Below, piece after piece: positions 35,317 through 46,500 of a stretch of DNA of 64,000 bases; position 1 is the first letter of the stretch; the number at the start of each line of letters is the position of its first letter. The notes under the pieces were generated by a model. The model was given only the letters and a program-made list of their open reading frames with translations. It did not search any database and was not told where the DNA came from. The position numbers were made by a program, and so were the translations under genes. Source of the DNA: Raillietiella orientalis (taxonomy: Eukaryota); the NCBI GenBank assembly GCA_036172245.1, contig JAYWIR010000024.1:1240001-1304000 (forward strand), written 5' to 3'.

Positions 35317-35889
35317 AAGAAAGTGGTTCCTTTTTTCACGAAGATGGCTCCCCCCGGTGGTGCCACAGAACTTGGTAAATACCACATGGTTCCACTGAAC
35401 TTTCCTCATTGGGACATCGTGTTCAGAAGAATAAGCGAAATCTTGTGAACGCAAATGCTACAAACGGGCGGGAGCATGAGGAACCGGCTACCTCTTGCCT
35501 ACGTCTCTTTACTGGACAGACGACAGCTCCAGCTGCAGACAGTAATCCGCCGCTGGATGGCGAATCCAGAAAAGTAAACAAAGCATATTTCGTTGTCTTC
35601 AGGGATGCCAGAACGGCGTTTCTGTTCGATTTCGAAGTTGGGCGGAGTGCCACAGAACCGGAGACTCCTCTGCCGTGACCGATGTTTCTTCTAAAGAGGA
35701 AAAAGGAAGGAAAGCTCATCCACAGAAGGAAGCTGGCACGTCACCACTTCAGCCATCAAGGAGCTGCCACTTCTGAACGAGACCTCTCAAGGAGGAAGGT
35801 TCAGCGGGACCATGTGGTTTACCAAGTTCTTCTGACACCACCACCGACAACCAGCATGAGCCATCTTCGTCGACCAGAACCACGTTCTT
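35317..35889. repeat. Older inverted repeat, ~115-bp arms (35317-35429 / 35770-35889)
   Basis: Shared blocks in reverse complement: CTTCTGAAC, GTTCAG.GG.ACCATGTGGT, TTACCAAGTTCT, GAGCCATCTTCGT, GAACCAC.TTCTT. Confidence 0.85.
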
Positions 35890-37019
35890 CCCTACCTCGT
35901 TGAGACTCCGTACTTCATCGAATGCCACCTTTTTGCGCACAGGTGAACTTTGAGCTCGAATCCATGCGAGGCAGCAGTCAGTGCTGCAGCAGCACTCGAG
36001 CAATGGTGCGGAAACGAAGGTGCACTCGAGGGATACAGAAGGAAGGGAGCTTTCTCGGCTCCTCGGCCTTTTGGCTAAGGTCAAAGTGGACCCCAGATCG
36101 GATAAGACAAGAAAAACTTATTCACTTAGGGAAGGAAGTTCAAGAAGGAGAAGCGATGGAGAAAAGTAGCAGCATGGAAGATGCTGTGCGGCGAGCAAGC
36201 TGATGTCAGCAATTGTCACAGAGGAGGTCTTTCTCGTATTTTTTTTAAAAAAAGAAAAAGAAAGATGGTAAATGGAAGTTTTTCACTGGGTCGCTCCGAG
36301 CGTTTACTTAATAGAAATAAACCAGTTAGGAAAACACGCTGGTTCCCAACCGAACACAAAAGAAGTTCGAAGGGGAGTCCACCGATACGCCGGTCGGGAT
36401 ATCCAAAAGTCTGGAACGGAGGAGGGAAAGAGGGATAGAAAAAAAACAGAAATCTGATGGGTTGGGGCAAGGATCTTTCGGTTCTTCTCGCATGCACCGG
36501 GATGAACACACAAAAGAAAAGGGAAGTTGCGGATCGAAAGAAAGTGGGGAGTGAGAAAAAAGTTAAAGCAAATAAAGGGAAATAAGGGAGTGAAATAAAG
36601 GCACACGGGAACATGTCCCTACATGAGAGCTCATCTTTGCCTTGCTCAGCATTTTTATGGAGGAAGAAAGTGGTGTTGAGGAAGCAAAGAGACAGGAAAA
36701 AAGTACGAAGATCCACGGAGGGCGGAAGTTCCCGAGTTCCGTTGGCCTTTGTCCCGCTGGAGCGGTTTGGAGGAGCCCGTCAGGCACCACTTAGGCCTTA
36801 TCCCTCTCAGATCAGAGTAACAAGCTGCTGAAAGTAGTAGTGGAGAAGGTGAACATCCCCCAGAATCTCCTCCTCAGTTCTTCGCGAACTTGAGGAGCCC
36901 TTAGGTCGATATGCCACCCTCGATGATCCAGAACGCAGCTTCCGCAACTCCTTTCCCGGGGATTTTTGGCGTTCCGAGCTGAACAGATTCCCCGGAAACG
37001 ACGGTCCCGCCAAACCATG

Positions 37020-37200
37020 ATACCCCACGCTGCTCCTTACCGATGGCCCCGTGCATGCGTAAAGACAACAGAGATCTTTGGAAGGAGATTTCCCTTGCCC
37101 TCCTCCGAAAGAGAAGGAACGGAAAAAGAAGAGGAAAGGAGGTCGAGAAGGAGGAAGAGAGGAAGAGGAAGAAGGAGCAGAAGGAGCAGCGCGGGACATC
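37020..37200 (+). repeat. Dispersed repeat (inverted partner at ~51190-51480), possibly a LINE ORF1 zinc-knuckle remnant
   Basis: CCCCGTGCATGCGT.AAGACAACAGAG and a downstream purine-rich tract are shared. The peptides HAAPYRWPRACVKTTE and CSAPYQCPRACVKTTE match. Confidence 0.75.
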
Positions 37201-38189
37201 AAGGGATGTCCCGTGCTGCTCCTTCTCCGGACCTGCAGCCTCCGTAAGACCCCTTTTCAGAACCTCATCCTCGGCTGCTGAGAGACCCGCCTCTCAAAGC
37301 CGGTCTGCCTCCTTAAATCCGTCTTAGCATCCGTTTCTTAACATTTCACTTTCTGCAGGCATTCCTTCTGAACTCCTGATGCATTTTGATGCTGGAAATA
37401 CTGGTCCATGCTTCCAAAACAAGCAAATAATGAAAATCCCACCCTCCTTCCCGAGAAAGAAGGGGGAGGGAGTGGACGAAGATGGAGGGGGGTCCATCCT
37501 TGCAGTGAGAGGCACTTGGAAGGGACTGGAAGTGAAGAAGGAAAGCTAAGACAATCAAGAATAAATAAAATATGAGACGGACCAGCATTCCATTGCTGAT
37601 GACCCCCGAGGGCCTGAGCCGGAAAGGGTAGGAGGAATGAGGAGGGTGCTTTCCGGGACTCCAAGTGCCTCCCTCGTTGTCCTGAGGAGCCCTTCCGTGT
37701 CACCCTTCAGCTCATGAGAGTGACAGCGGTCATGAAGTAGGTCCTGGTGCGGCGGCAATCGCTCTTTTCCATCCTCCCTTTACCAGTGCTTCCTCGAGGA
37801 GTTGGCTGGTGGGTCTGAAGAAGATTTTCACCAGATCTTAGGGGGCATCTACAGGGTGAGTTTGTGCCTAGGCTCTCTGGAAGCTCATTGCAGGAGGATC
37901 AGCTGGAAGATACGCGGGACTTCTGCAGCGCCACAGGATCCGGGCGGATGTGGATGAGCCCCCTCCCTCCCAGCCTCCGCTTCTGCCAAGTCGCTCGACT
38001 TCGCATTCTGGCATCCCCTTATCTCCTTTGCTGCAGCGCTGCCGTTCTGAGGAAGCACATGGACAGCGGCCTTCCGACTAGATGGGGAGGTCATCGTGAA
38101 AATCTCCGTCAGGGGAATAGGACTGGGTGAGTGGACGAGGGGCTGGATTGCAGACTCTGAGACCCTGAATGACCCACTCTGAAAACTTT

Positions 38190-38830
38190 CGCACTGGGGA
38201 GAGCTACTGCTGGATGTTCCAGAGAAAGATCTGCAGTGGCCCCAGTGCTTTTGGACAGACACACCCTCCCTTTAAAGTGACAGGAATCTGCGTTGATGCT
38301 TCTGCACTGGGGTTTCCCGTGCAACGCGCACCAGCATCACTGGACACGGAGGTGTGGGGAGCGCGAATCCCTCCCCCACCTGCTTGTGGATTGTGTTGTG
38401 TTGTTGCCTTCCGATCCCTCTGGGAATGCTTTCTGAGACCCTTGGTATCGCGAGTGGCAACCCTAGGGACGCATCGAAACCCCTCTTCGTGCACGAAGCA
38501 CTGCCACCGGCAGCATCCCTAGCAGCTCTCTGCTGTCTACGCGGGAACGGCCTGGAGTGATGCAAGAGGAGGACCGAACCACAGGGATGCCACGTCCACT
38601 TTGTCGTCCGATTTCATGAGGACGGCAGTGAGATGGTCCCACCTGGGGAACGTCATCCAGCAAGAGCGTGTCGGCATCCTCGACAGGATGTAGAGGACTG
38701 CCTCCAGCAGGTCGTGATCCCTTCCTGCATCCCATCCACCTCCTCCCAAATTTATTTATTTATTTTTATTTTTGTTCTCCCCCTCCCCTCTGCTGCCGAG
38801 GCAGACCCTACCGGTCTGCGTACCGACAAC
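38190..38830 (+). mobile_element. L1/Tx1-like LINE 3' fragment, same family as 25888-26841
   Basis: WGELL..VP, ESAL..LHWG, CGERE, AASLAALCCLRG and GILDRM* align with the 26-kb copy. A (TTTA)n tract and CCGGTCTGCGT follow. Confidence 0.72.
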
Positions 38831-40986
38831 CCGTCAGTACCCCACCGGTTCTAGATCCAACTGCACACTCTGCCACTCTGTGGGGCATGCCATCGGTCGG
38901 AGGGCTGGTCTCCCGGAAGCTCTGTTTCCTTTGCTCTGTTAGGAGCGTGGAGGCTGGGGGGAAGAGGATCCATCCGTCTTCAACCGATGGCGGATTCCGA
39001 TCTCTTCGGAGGACCCGGGAAGTGAAAGCGCATCTTCCGCCAAGCATCCTCTCCTCAATCTGCGACTCTGCTTCCGAGGAGGAAGACGGAACGGTGGAGG
39101 AGGTCGGCTTCCTGCTGCACTGTCAGTTTTCCGCCCCCGCACCGAAAAAAAAAAAACGATCGTTTCCTTTGCAGAAACGGCCAGCATCCCAGTCCATGGC
39201 TGAGCAGGTCGCTTCGTCCGAGAACTCGAGAGAACCCGGTGCTCCTCCGCATGCGAAAGCCCGCCGAACTGGCAGCTGACCGAAGTCGGCAGCAACCGGT
39301 GCTGTCGAAGGGCCACCTGAGGAATGCGCGCCAGATCCCACGCTCCGAAAAGATCCTCTAGGACAGCATCCCTGTGCGTCCTGCAACCTTGTATTACGAC
39401 AGGTCCCGAAATCTGTGCTAAAGTGGTTTCTTGCTTCCCTTTTTCACCCCATGCACTGCACCCTACTTTTCGTTACGAAACCCCAAGATCTGGATCGACG
39501 AAGGCCGCTTCCAAGTAGCGCACCCTGTACTTGTGGGATTGGCCGCCATGCCTTCCTCGCTGTGACGTCACTCAACAAGGCCGGGCTCGGAGCTGGTCGA
39601 TTTGAAGTGGCTCACCCTGCGCGCCTCAGCGGCTCGCGGCTCCACAGGAAGCAGCAGCGCGCTCCTGTGGCGTGGAACAACTTCTCGTTTCCGGGATGGG
39701 GAAGCCGACCCTCCAGCGAACCGGCGGACGCATCCATGGGGAGACGAGGATTTCTAAGACTCTCCTTGTCCCTCCATCTCTGAGGGCGACGCTCTGGGGA
39801 TTCGCGTTCCGGTCGGAACCCTTCCCTACCGCTCGGCAGGCCTCGCGCGGGTATCCTGGGTCACCCCATCTTCGAAGGGAGGAGGAAATCTGCGCCTGCC
39901 TCTTCCCAGACACGGAGGAGGCGGCTCCATGGCATTCGCGAAGAAACGGCGACGCACCCCAGCGAGGTCTCGGCTTGGGGTGCCCTCCCAAGGTGGCAAC
40001 TCGCACCCCTGCTGGGAACATAGAGGTCATCCCAGACGGATTCCGCATTTCCTGCCGCCGAGCGCGTGACAGGATGTTTCGGATCAACAAAAGGGGGAAC
40101 TGCGGAGCGATACAGGCGTTCCGAGCCTTTCGAAGAGGAGGCGCCCTCAGGGTTGAGAGAGGCGCCCTCGGCGGAATCGGCGGCCCTCCCTTCCCGTGGT
40201 CGATGCCACGCCTCCCGAGCATGGTACTGACAGGTGGAGAGCACCCAGCAAGCGCGCTTGGAACTACGGCCGCGCGCGCGCGCGTTTCCCCTGGGACTCT
40301 ACTCCCGGGTGACCCAAGGGAAATGTCCTCCAGAATTTCCCACAACCCGGAAACATCTCCTGACAACGGCGACTTAAGCCAAAGGGAGCGTTGCCTCCGT
40401 CCCTCGCTCGCCTCAATCACGATCTTCCTCCTCCTCCTCCTCCTGCCCGCCCCGGACACGGCAGGTGGTTTCGGAAACTGGACGACCCCCGCGCCCCAGA
40501 GGGAGCACCAGGCACGGCTCTTCCACGATCGGATAGCTGCGGGTTCAGGGCGGTGCTCCACTCCCCACCCCGCTGCCCCTGTTCCTTCCCCACGACTCTG
40601 TTACCAGTCAACTCCTCCTGCCATCCCATCGTTCGAGTCCCGTTCAGGAAAAGCTCCGTTTCCCTCCCCAGTCGTCCTTAGGAAAGAAAAAAAAATTCCT
40701 TCTCGGACAAACCCCTTTGGTCGTTCTCCGAACGCCGAAGGCGAACCGAGGAAACGCTTAGGGCCTTTCCCGACAGCCACCCTCCGCACGCCTGCGGGAT
40801 TCGGGTTAACTTCTGGAAGGGGAGCGTCAATCAGCGCTTCCTCCTGGAGAGAGCGAGAGGATGACGTTTTCTTTTCCTCATTCTCCCGCCTTCTCGGACG
40901 CCGACGGTCCCCCGAGTTTTCCTGGAAGTTCCCGGAGGAGACGTCCAACAGACGCCCCCATTGTTCACCTCCTCATCTCCTTCCGG

Positions 40987-41345
40987 TCTTCCGCGAGCGA
41001 ACTACCAAGGCGTGCTGGACCCGTTCGAGCCACGCCGGGACCAAGGGAACCGCGAGGAAAGAGGCCCACGTGGTCTCCAGAACGGTCAGGGGTGCCAGCT
41101 GTCGAACGGCCGACGGGCGGGTTGACACAGAAGCGCTTCGTTTCCGTGCATTCCCATACGGGTGCCCCTGGCATTTTCAGAGACGTGTGGGCGTGTGGTG
41201 ATGGAAGGTGAGAGGGGGAGGAAGAAGTTCTCCTCGGGAGGGATAAAAAATAGAGACCTATTTCGGGAGAAGGAAGTGGCAGGCTAGCTGACCAGAAGTG
41301 AACGCGCAAACACACAAAAAAAGCGGGAGTGGGTCCGGTTTCCAA
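40987..41345 (+). repeat. Direct duplication, copy 2 (of 32099-32472)
   Basis: Same alignment. The ORF-track peptides FRERTTKACWTRSSHAGTKGTA... match. Confidence 0.95.
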
Positions 41346-43159
41346 GACGACGCTGTTACCCGCGAACTCCTCCCGCCATTCCACCGTTTGGTCCCGTGCA
41401 GGAAGAGCTCCGTTTCCTTCCCCTCCCCATCCGTCTTTAAGGGAAAAAAAAAGATTCGTCCCGGGAAAACCTCCCTGGTAGTCCTCCTCCCGGCGCGGAT
41501 TCCAGAGAGTTTCTTCGGGCCGGTCTCTCCCGCTCCCTCTCTGTGGGGAGAGGCGAGGCCGGATGTCCCCGCGACGACTCCCGGAGCGCCTCGCCTCGCC
41601 GGCGGACCCCCCACGTTCCTGCCGGGCTGCTTCCCCAGAGGATCGGCAGTCGATCGCTCGTCCGGAAGGAGGAGGCCATCTGGCGGCGTCCCCCCGCGCT
41701 CTTGGGAGGTGGAGCGCCTCCCCGCTCCCTCCGCGCCTCGGAGTGGGGAGAGAAGCGGAAGCAAGGAGCGAGTGTCCGCGGTCCCTCGCGACGCCCGCCG
41801 CATCGGGGACGGCGGGCGGACGTCCACCGAAGTTTTTACCGCTAGCCCAGATAACGGATGGCGCGCGCAAGAGCGGTGACAGTCCATTAAAGGCCTCCCA
41901 GAATTCCGCCGTCGAATAAACAGTCCCATGTTTTCGCCCAGAAGCACTCGGTCCTTCATCACTCACTCGTCCTCCTCCCATTCCCTTCGGATGAGAGAGG
42001 CAGCGGCGTCTTCCCAGGAACAGCGAGGCAGATCGATCGGCGTGGAGAGCCGGGTTTACCCATCTGGAATGATGAGTTCAAAGGGGTGAGGGTCAGGAAG
42101 GAGTGCGGAGGCGGGGAATTCCTCGGCTAGTTTCGGGAGGAAAGGGCACTCCCTTGGTGGGGGGAGCAGAGATTGGTCGGCGGTCCCGGTGGTCGGTCCG
42201 ATCTGATCGACCTGGCCGCACTGCGAAGTCCAAGACGCAGTGACGCCTGAAGGGTTCGATGTGGGGCGGCGCCACGCTCAGTAGGCGAAGCGACAAAGGA
42301 AGAGGTGGGAGGAAGTGGGGGGTCCAGCTGGATCGACCGTGACGTCCTTCCTTGAAGCGAGGTTCGTCCGTCCGCTCGGAGGGATGGGAGAAGTCGATGC
42401 GTCCCCAGAGGAAACGAACGTGGCTCACCAGGAGGACACCGTGGAACGGTTCCCATGTTGCGTCTTCCGTTGACCTTGAGGACCCTGCCAGCGCAGGGAG
42501 CACCGTGGGACGTTTCCGAACAAAATCCTGGACTGGAAGCTCCTGCCCGGCCTTTCATCTCGGATGCGCGCCGGGTTCATTTATTTGTAAAGAATAAACA
42601 GAACGGTCAAAAGGAGGAACTGACGCGAAACGAAAGGGTTCCAGCCAGGGAGGGAGACGGTGGGGGTTGAGCGGAGAGGACCAATGCAGGGCGATGAGAC
42701 GAACCGGTCTCACGGGTGATCGGCATTTTCGAGGGTCACCTTTTTTCACCCGATCGCGCTCGTCCCGGGCCGCCAGTTCATCAAAATGAAGCAGAAAATA
42801 AACATACATCAGGCGCCGCGTCCCCAACAGGTTCCTACAGAGAGTAGATATGGCCTGTCCTGCACTTGGTCCAGAAAGACAGAGGGCGCTTCCCGAAAGT
42901 GAATGCGAGCGAGAAAAGGAGAGAGAGGAGGGATGGGCTGATGGCTACCTCAGTGACCACACAAATTAAGAAAATGATGGTGAGGATTGGACGGAGAATG
43001 GACAGAAAGCCAAGGTAAGTGAGACAGGGAAGCGACAGGGACCGAAGGACAGAGAACGAGAAATGCTCGTTGAATCAAATCCTCATATAAGGGAGCTGAA
43101 GTAGTTATTACAGATGAATGGTGAGGAAGTCTGGATTGGGAAGGAGAGGCACTTTAAAT

Positions 43160-43530
43160 GAGCAATAAATAAATAAATAAATGATAAGAGGGGGGCATGA
43201 AGAATCGCCGGGTAGTTCCATTGCTGCTGGCCCTTGGTCCTCTCACACTGAGGGGAATGACCACCCTCTCTGCTGGGGACAATCGGAGTGACCTCGCCGT
43301 TCCTCTGGGCGCTCTATCGCAAGACGGGCTTCCATGATGGCGCACTGGTAGCACAAAATGGCGAATTTGCTGCTGCGATGACAGGGCGGAGGTCCATACC
43401 GGCCGAAGAAACGCCTGCACGAGTTCCTTGAGCGTGTGTCTTCCGGGTGGGAGGAGAGACGTGCACCGGTGCACACCTCGCACCCTTTGAGAAGCCTCCT
43501 GCTTCCCTGGCACCTGCTGCTGCACGCTTC
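43160..43530 (-). mobile_element. Possible LINE 3' fragment ending in (TTTA)n
   Basis: Coding-like sequence on the minus strand ends in a C-rich stretch and (TTTA)4, the same layout as the Tx1-like copies. There is no firm motif match. Confidence 0.3.
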
Positions 43531-46500
43531 ATTGATCTCTATACAGAGATTGCACTTACAAAAATCAACTCTTCAATTCAAAACCGAACATTCATGTAGA
43601 AAGACTCTATGGAAAGGAGAAAGGAAGGAAGTCTTTAATAGTTTCGAGTGTTTGAGGTTTAAATGGTTTCATTCTGCGGCTGCACGGGCGGCTCCAATGC
43701 AGGAGGAACGTCACCGTCTGGGACGTGCAGATGGGGGATGCAAGAAGCCGCACAACCAGAAGATGAGGACCTGCGGTTGCTCCTGGAGGAGGAGACTCAG
43801 CAGATCCGCCCGGCCCGATGACTCCGAGGGTGCGACCGGGGCTCAGAAGCGCCCTCATCCTTCCGGGAAATCGGGACGCTTCCCCGGATGAGTCGCCGTC
43901 GGGAAGCAGCACGGGAATCTCTCCTGCGAAAGAACGAAGGGAGGGAAGCGACCGAACCTTCCGACCGCTGGCCCTGCTTGCGATTTTCCCGGGTCAGAAG
44001 CTCCTTGCGGAGATCCCCTGCTGTCAGGACGACTTCCCCAGGAGTCCCTGGATATGCGTGGCGGGCAGCGGCGGCTGTGAGCCCGGCGGAGAGGCTGAAT
44101 TCGTTCACGGAGCTTCGCGGAGCCACAGCCGCCGGGGGGTGGGGTAGTGGAGGGGGAACAGGCGCTCGAAGAAGGTCGCAACCGTGCCCTGTCCCCGGAT
44201 GGAATCCCCCCGGAATTCCCTGGAGAGAGTGGCGAAGAGTCGGCGTGACACTCCTGCGGCTGCTCAGAGGGTGCGTCCACCTTCCTCCTCCCTTGGGAGG
44301 AGGAAGAGGAGGGGGAGGGTTCTTGTAGTGGCAGGGAGGTGGCAGATCATTACGTTCCTGCCGGAATCTTTCGATCCTCTCCCGCGTTGCCTGAGCAACC
44401 CGCCTGCATCGCTTCCGCCGGTCCAGCGAATGATCAGGCAGGGCAGGGGTTTCCTTGGTCCCGTCGCTTTCCCCTTTTCCTCCCTTTTTCCAAGGCGTCC
44501 CTGGCCGCAAGCTTTGTGGTTCCCGCGAATATTCTGCGCGTCCCTCACCGCGGAATATTCGCGGTGAGGGAAAAGCTCGTTGAATTTTCCAGGACTTCCG
44601 GCGGTTTCCTGGGGTAGATCAACTCTGGGGCGGGCAGTCGGCGGGGGCCAGCCGACTGCGCGTCCGTCTTCCGAGGGATGGAGCGCAGCCTCCCTCGCAA
44701 CTGCGATCTCTATCGTCCTGCGTCATCTTCCCGGCAGCTAATGACTTCGAGTTCCGTTAAGCGCCGATCCGAAGATCGATCGGGAAGGGACAGAGGTGGA
44801 CGAGACCCTCACTCCGGGGTGAGAAAATGGCTGGACCGATTTTTCGCTCCGCAGGAGACGGAGTGGGAAGGGGAAGGAAGAAGAAAGAAGAACAGATTCA
44901 GCCGCTGGACCACCACCATCTCTGTCGTGTCGTCCCTCCTTCACCTCCACCCCCCACCCCCCGCCCGTCCCTTCTTCGTTCCTCCTCCTCCGCGCCGTCT
45001 TCGTCGCCATCAGCATCTCCGTTCCTCCCCTCCGCTTCTCCTCCTCCGCTGCCATTTCGTCGGCCCCTCATTCTTTCAGCTCCATTCGTTCTCTCCCTGC
45101 CTCTCCTGGAAGAAATTCCCCGCTCCTCAGGCCCCGTGGGAGCGCTCCGCACGAACCATCCACTCGCTTTCTTCCGGAATTTGCCCTGAGGGAACGCACG
45201 CATCTTCGAAGAGGAGGCGCAGCCCTCCGCGCTCTCCCGCTCGCGTGTTCCTCTGCTTTGGATTCTCGAGGTCGGCCTCACGGGCGCTCTCCCTCCTCCT
45301 CCTCCTCCTATCCCCCGCTTCAACCGACCAATGAAAGGGTCCCCCGTGACTTCCTGGAGGAGGCGGGGAATCAGTAGACGCCTCGTCCCTTTTCCCAGGG
45401 GGGGCCTCCTCCCGCAGCTTCTTGAGGGACTCCCTGAGGGCTCTCGGATACGCAGGAAAAACTCGAGCCGGACGAAGGGAACCACGGGAGGAGAGTCGCG
45501 CAGGCAGCGGCCTCCTGCGGTTGCCGCCGCAACCTCCTCGTCGCTGCTCGCCCCAGGGGGAAGCGCCGGGTGCCATCTGCAGACCGACCCCGGAGTTCCT
45601 CGCAGGGCAGACCTGTCGGTAGGCAGCGCCACTGTCCAGGAGGGCGATGACGACGGTCGAGGCCCTGGTACCCGCAAATCCCGAAAGGGACGACCCCCCG
45701 CCTGTCCGGAACTTCCCGAGCCGCCTCCTCTCCGTCCACCCCTCGGTCCTTGCCCTCGCCACCAGCTCAAAGGCAGGAATCTGAAGCGCACGGAGCAGCG
45801 AGCGCTCTCGCCTTCCTGCTCGCTCCTTCCGGCGAGAGCGAAGGGCCACAGGACGCACGCGCGAGCCGCCGCCGGGCGAAAAACGTGCTGCGTTCTGCGG
45901 AAACCCTAGGAAGGGCGGAGTTCCGGCTGGAACGCGAATTACCCACTCCTACTTTCCTCATGGTCCTTCCTCTCCTCTCGCAGGCGGAGGGACCCCCAGA
46001 CCCCGGGCAAGCACCGGGTCGCCTCGGCAGCCAGATGCAAGCGCCGTCCGCCGTCCGGTTCCCTCCGATGGATTCCCTAAAGCAGCCCCGCGGAGGAAGC
46101 GCGAAGAACAGGAAGAGACGCGCATCCCCTGCTCGGCTGCGAGTCCAACGTCCCCGCACACACGCCTGGGAGGCGGACGCGTGGGGCCAGGCTACTGAGG
46201 CTACAGGGAATCCGCGAAAGCTAAAGTAGAGGAAGAGCAGGAAAGGAAGAAGGAAGAGGAGAGGAAGAGAGGAGGAGGAGGAAGGGAAGAGGATGGAGAA
46301 GAGTGAGTTGCCAGAATGGAGGGGTGAGGAGAGGCGGCCTCCCTCTGCAAGGACGGACGAGGCGAGTCGCAGGCTCAGTCACTCCGCGTGCACTCTGGGA
46401 TCGCGCGCACCGCCTCGCGCTGCCCGATTGCCCTGCTCCCGCGACTCGAAGGGACGAGGTCGCGTGCCGGTCCTCGTTTCATTCCTCTCCGTTCCGTCCT

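Noticed and set aside
39672..41201. 509-aa ORF
   Set aside because: No recognisable domain, and it runs through low-complexity and duplicated LINE-relic sequence.
42831..43020. Exon-like segment ending in AAG|GTAAGT
   Set aside because: All three frames contain stops and I found no partner exons. A non-coding exon cannot be excluded.
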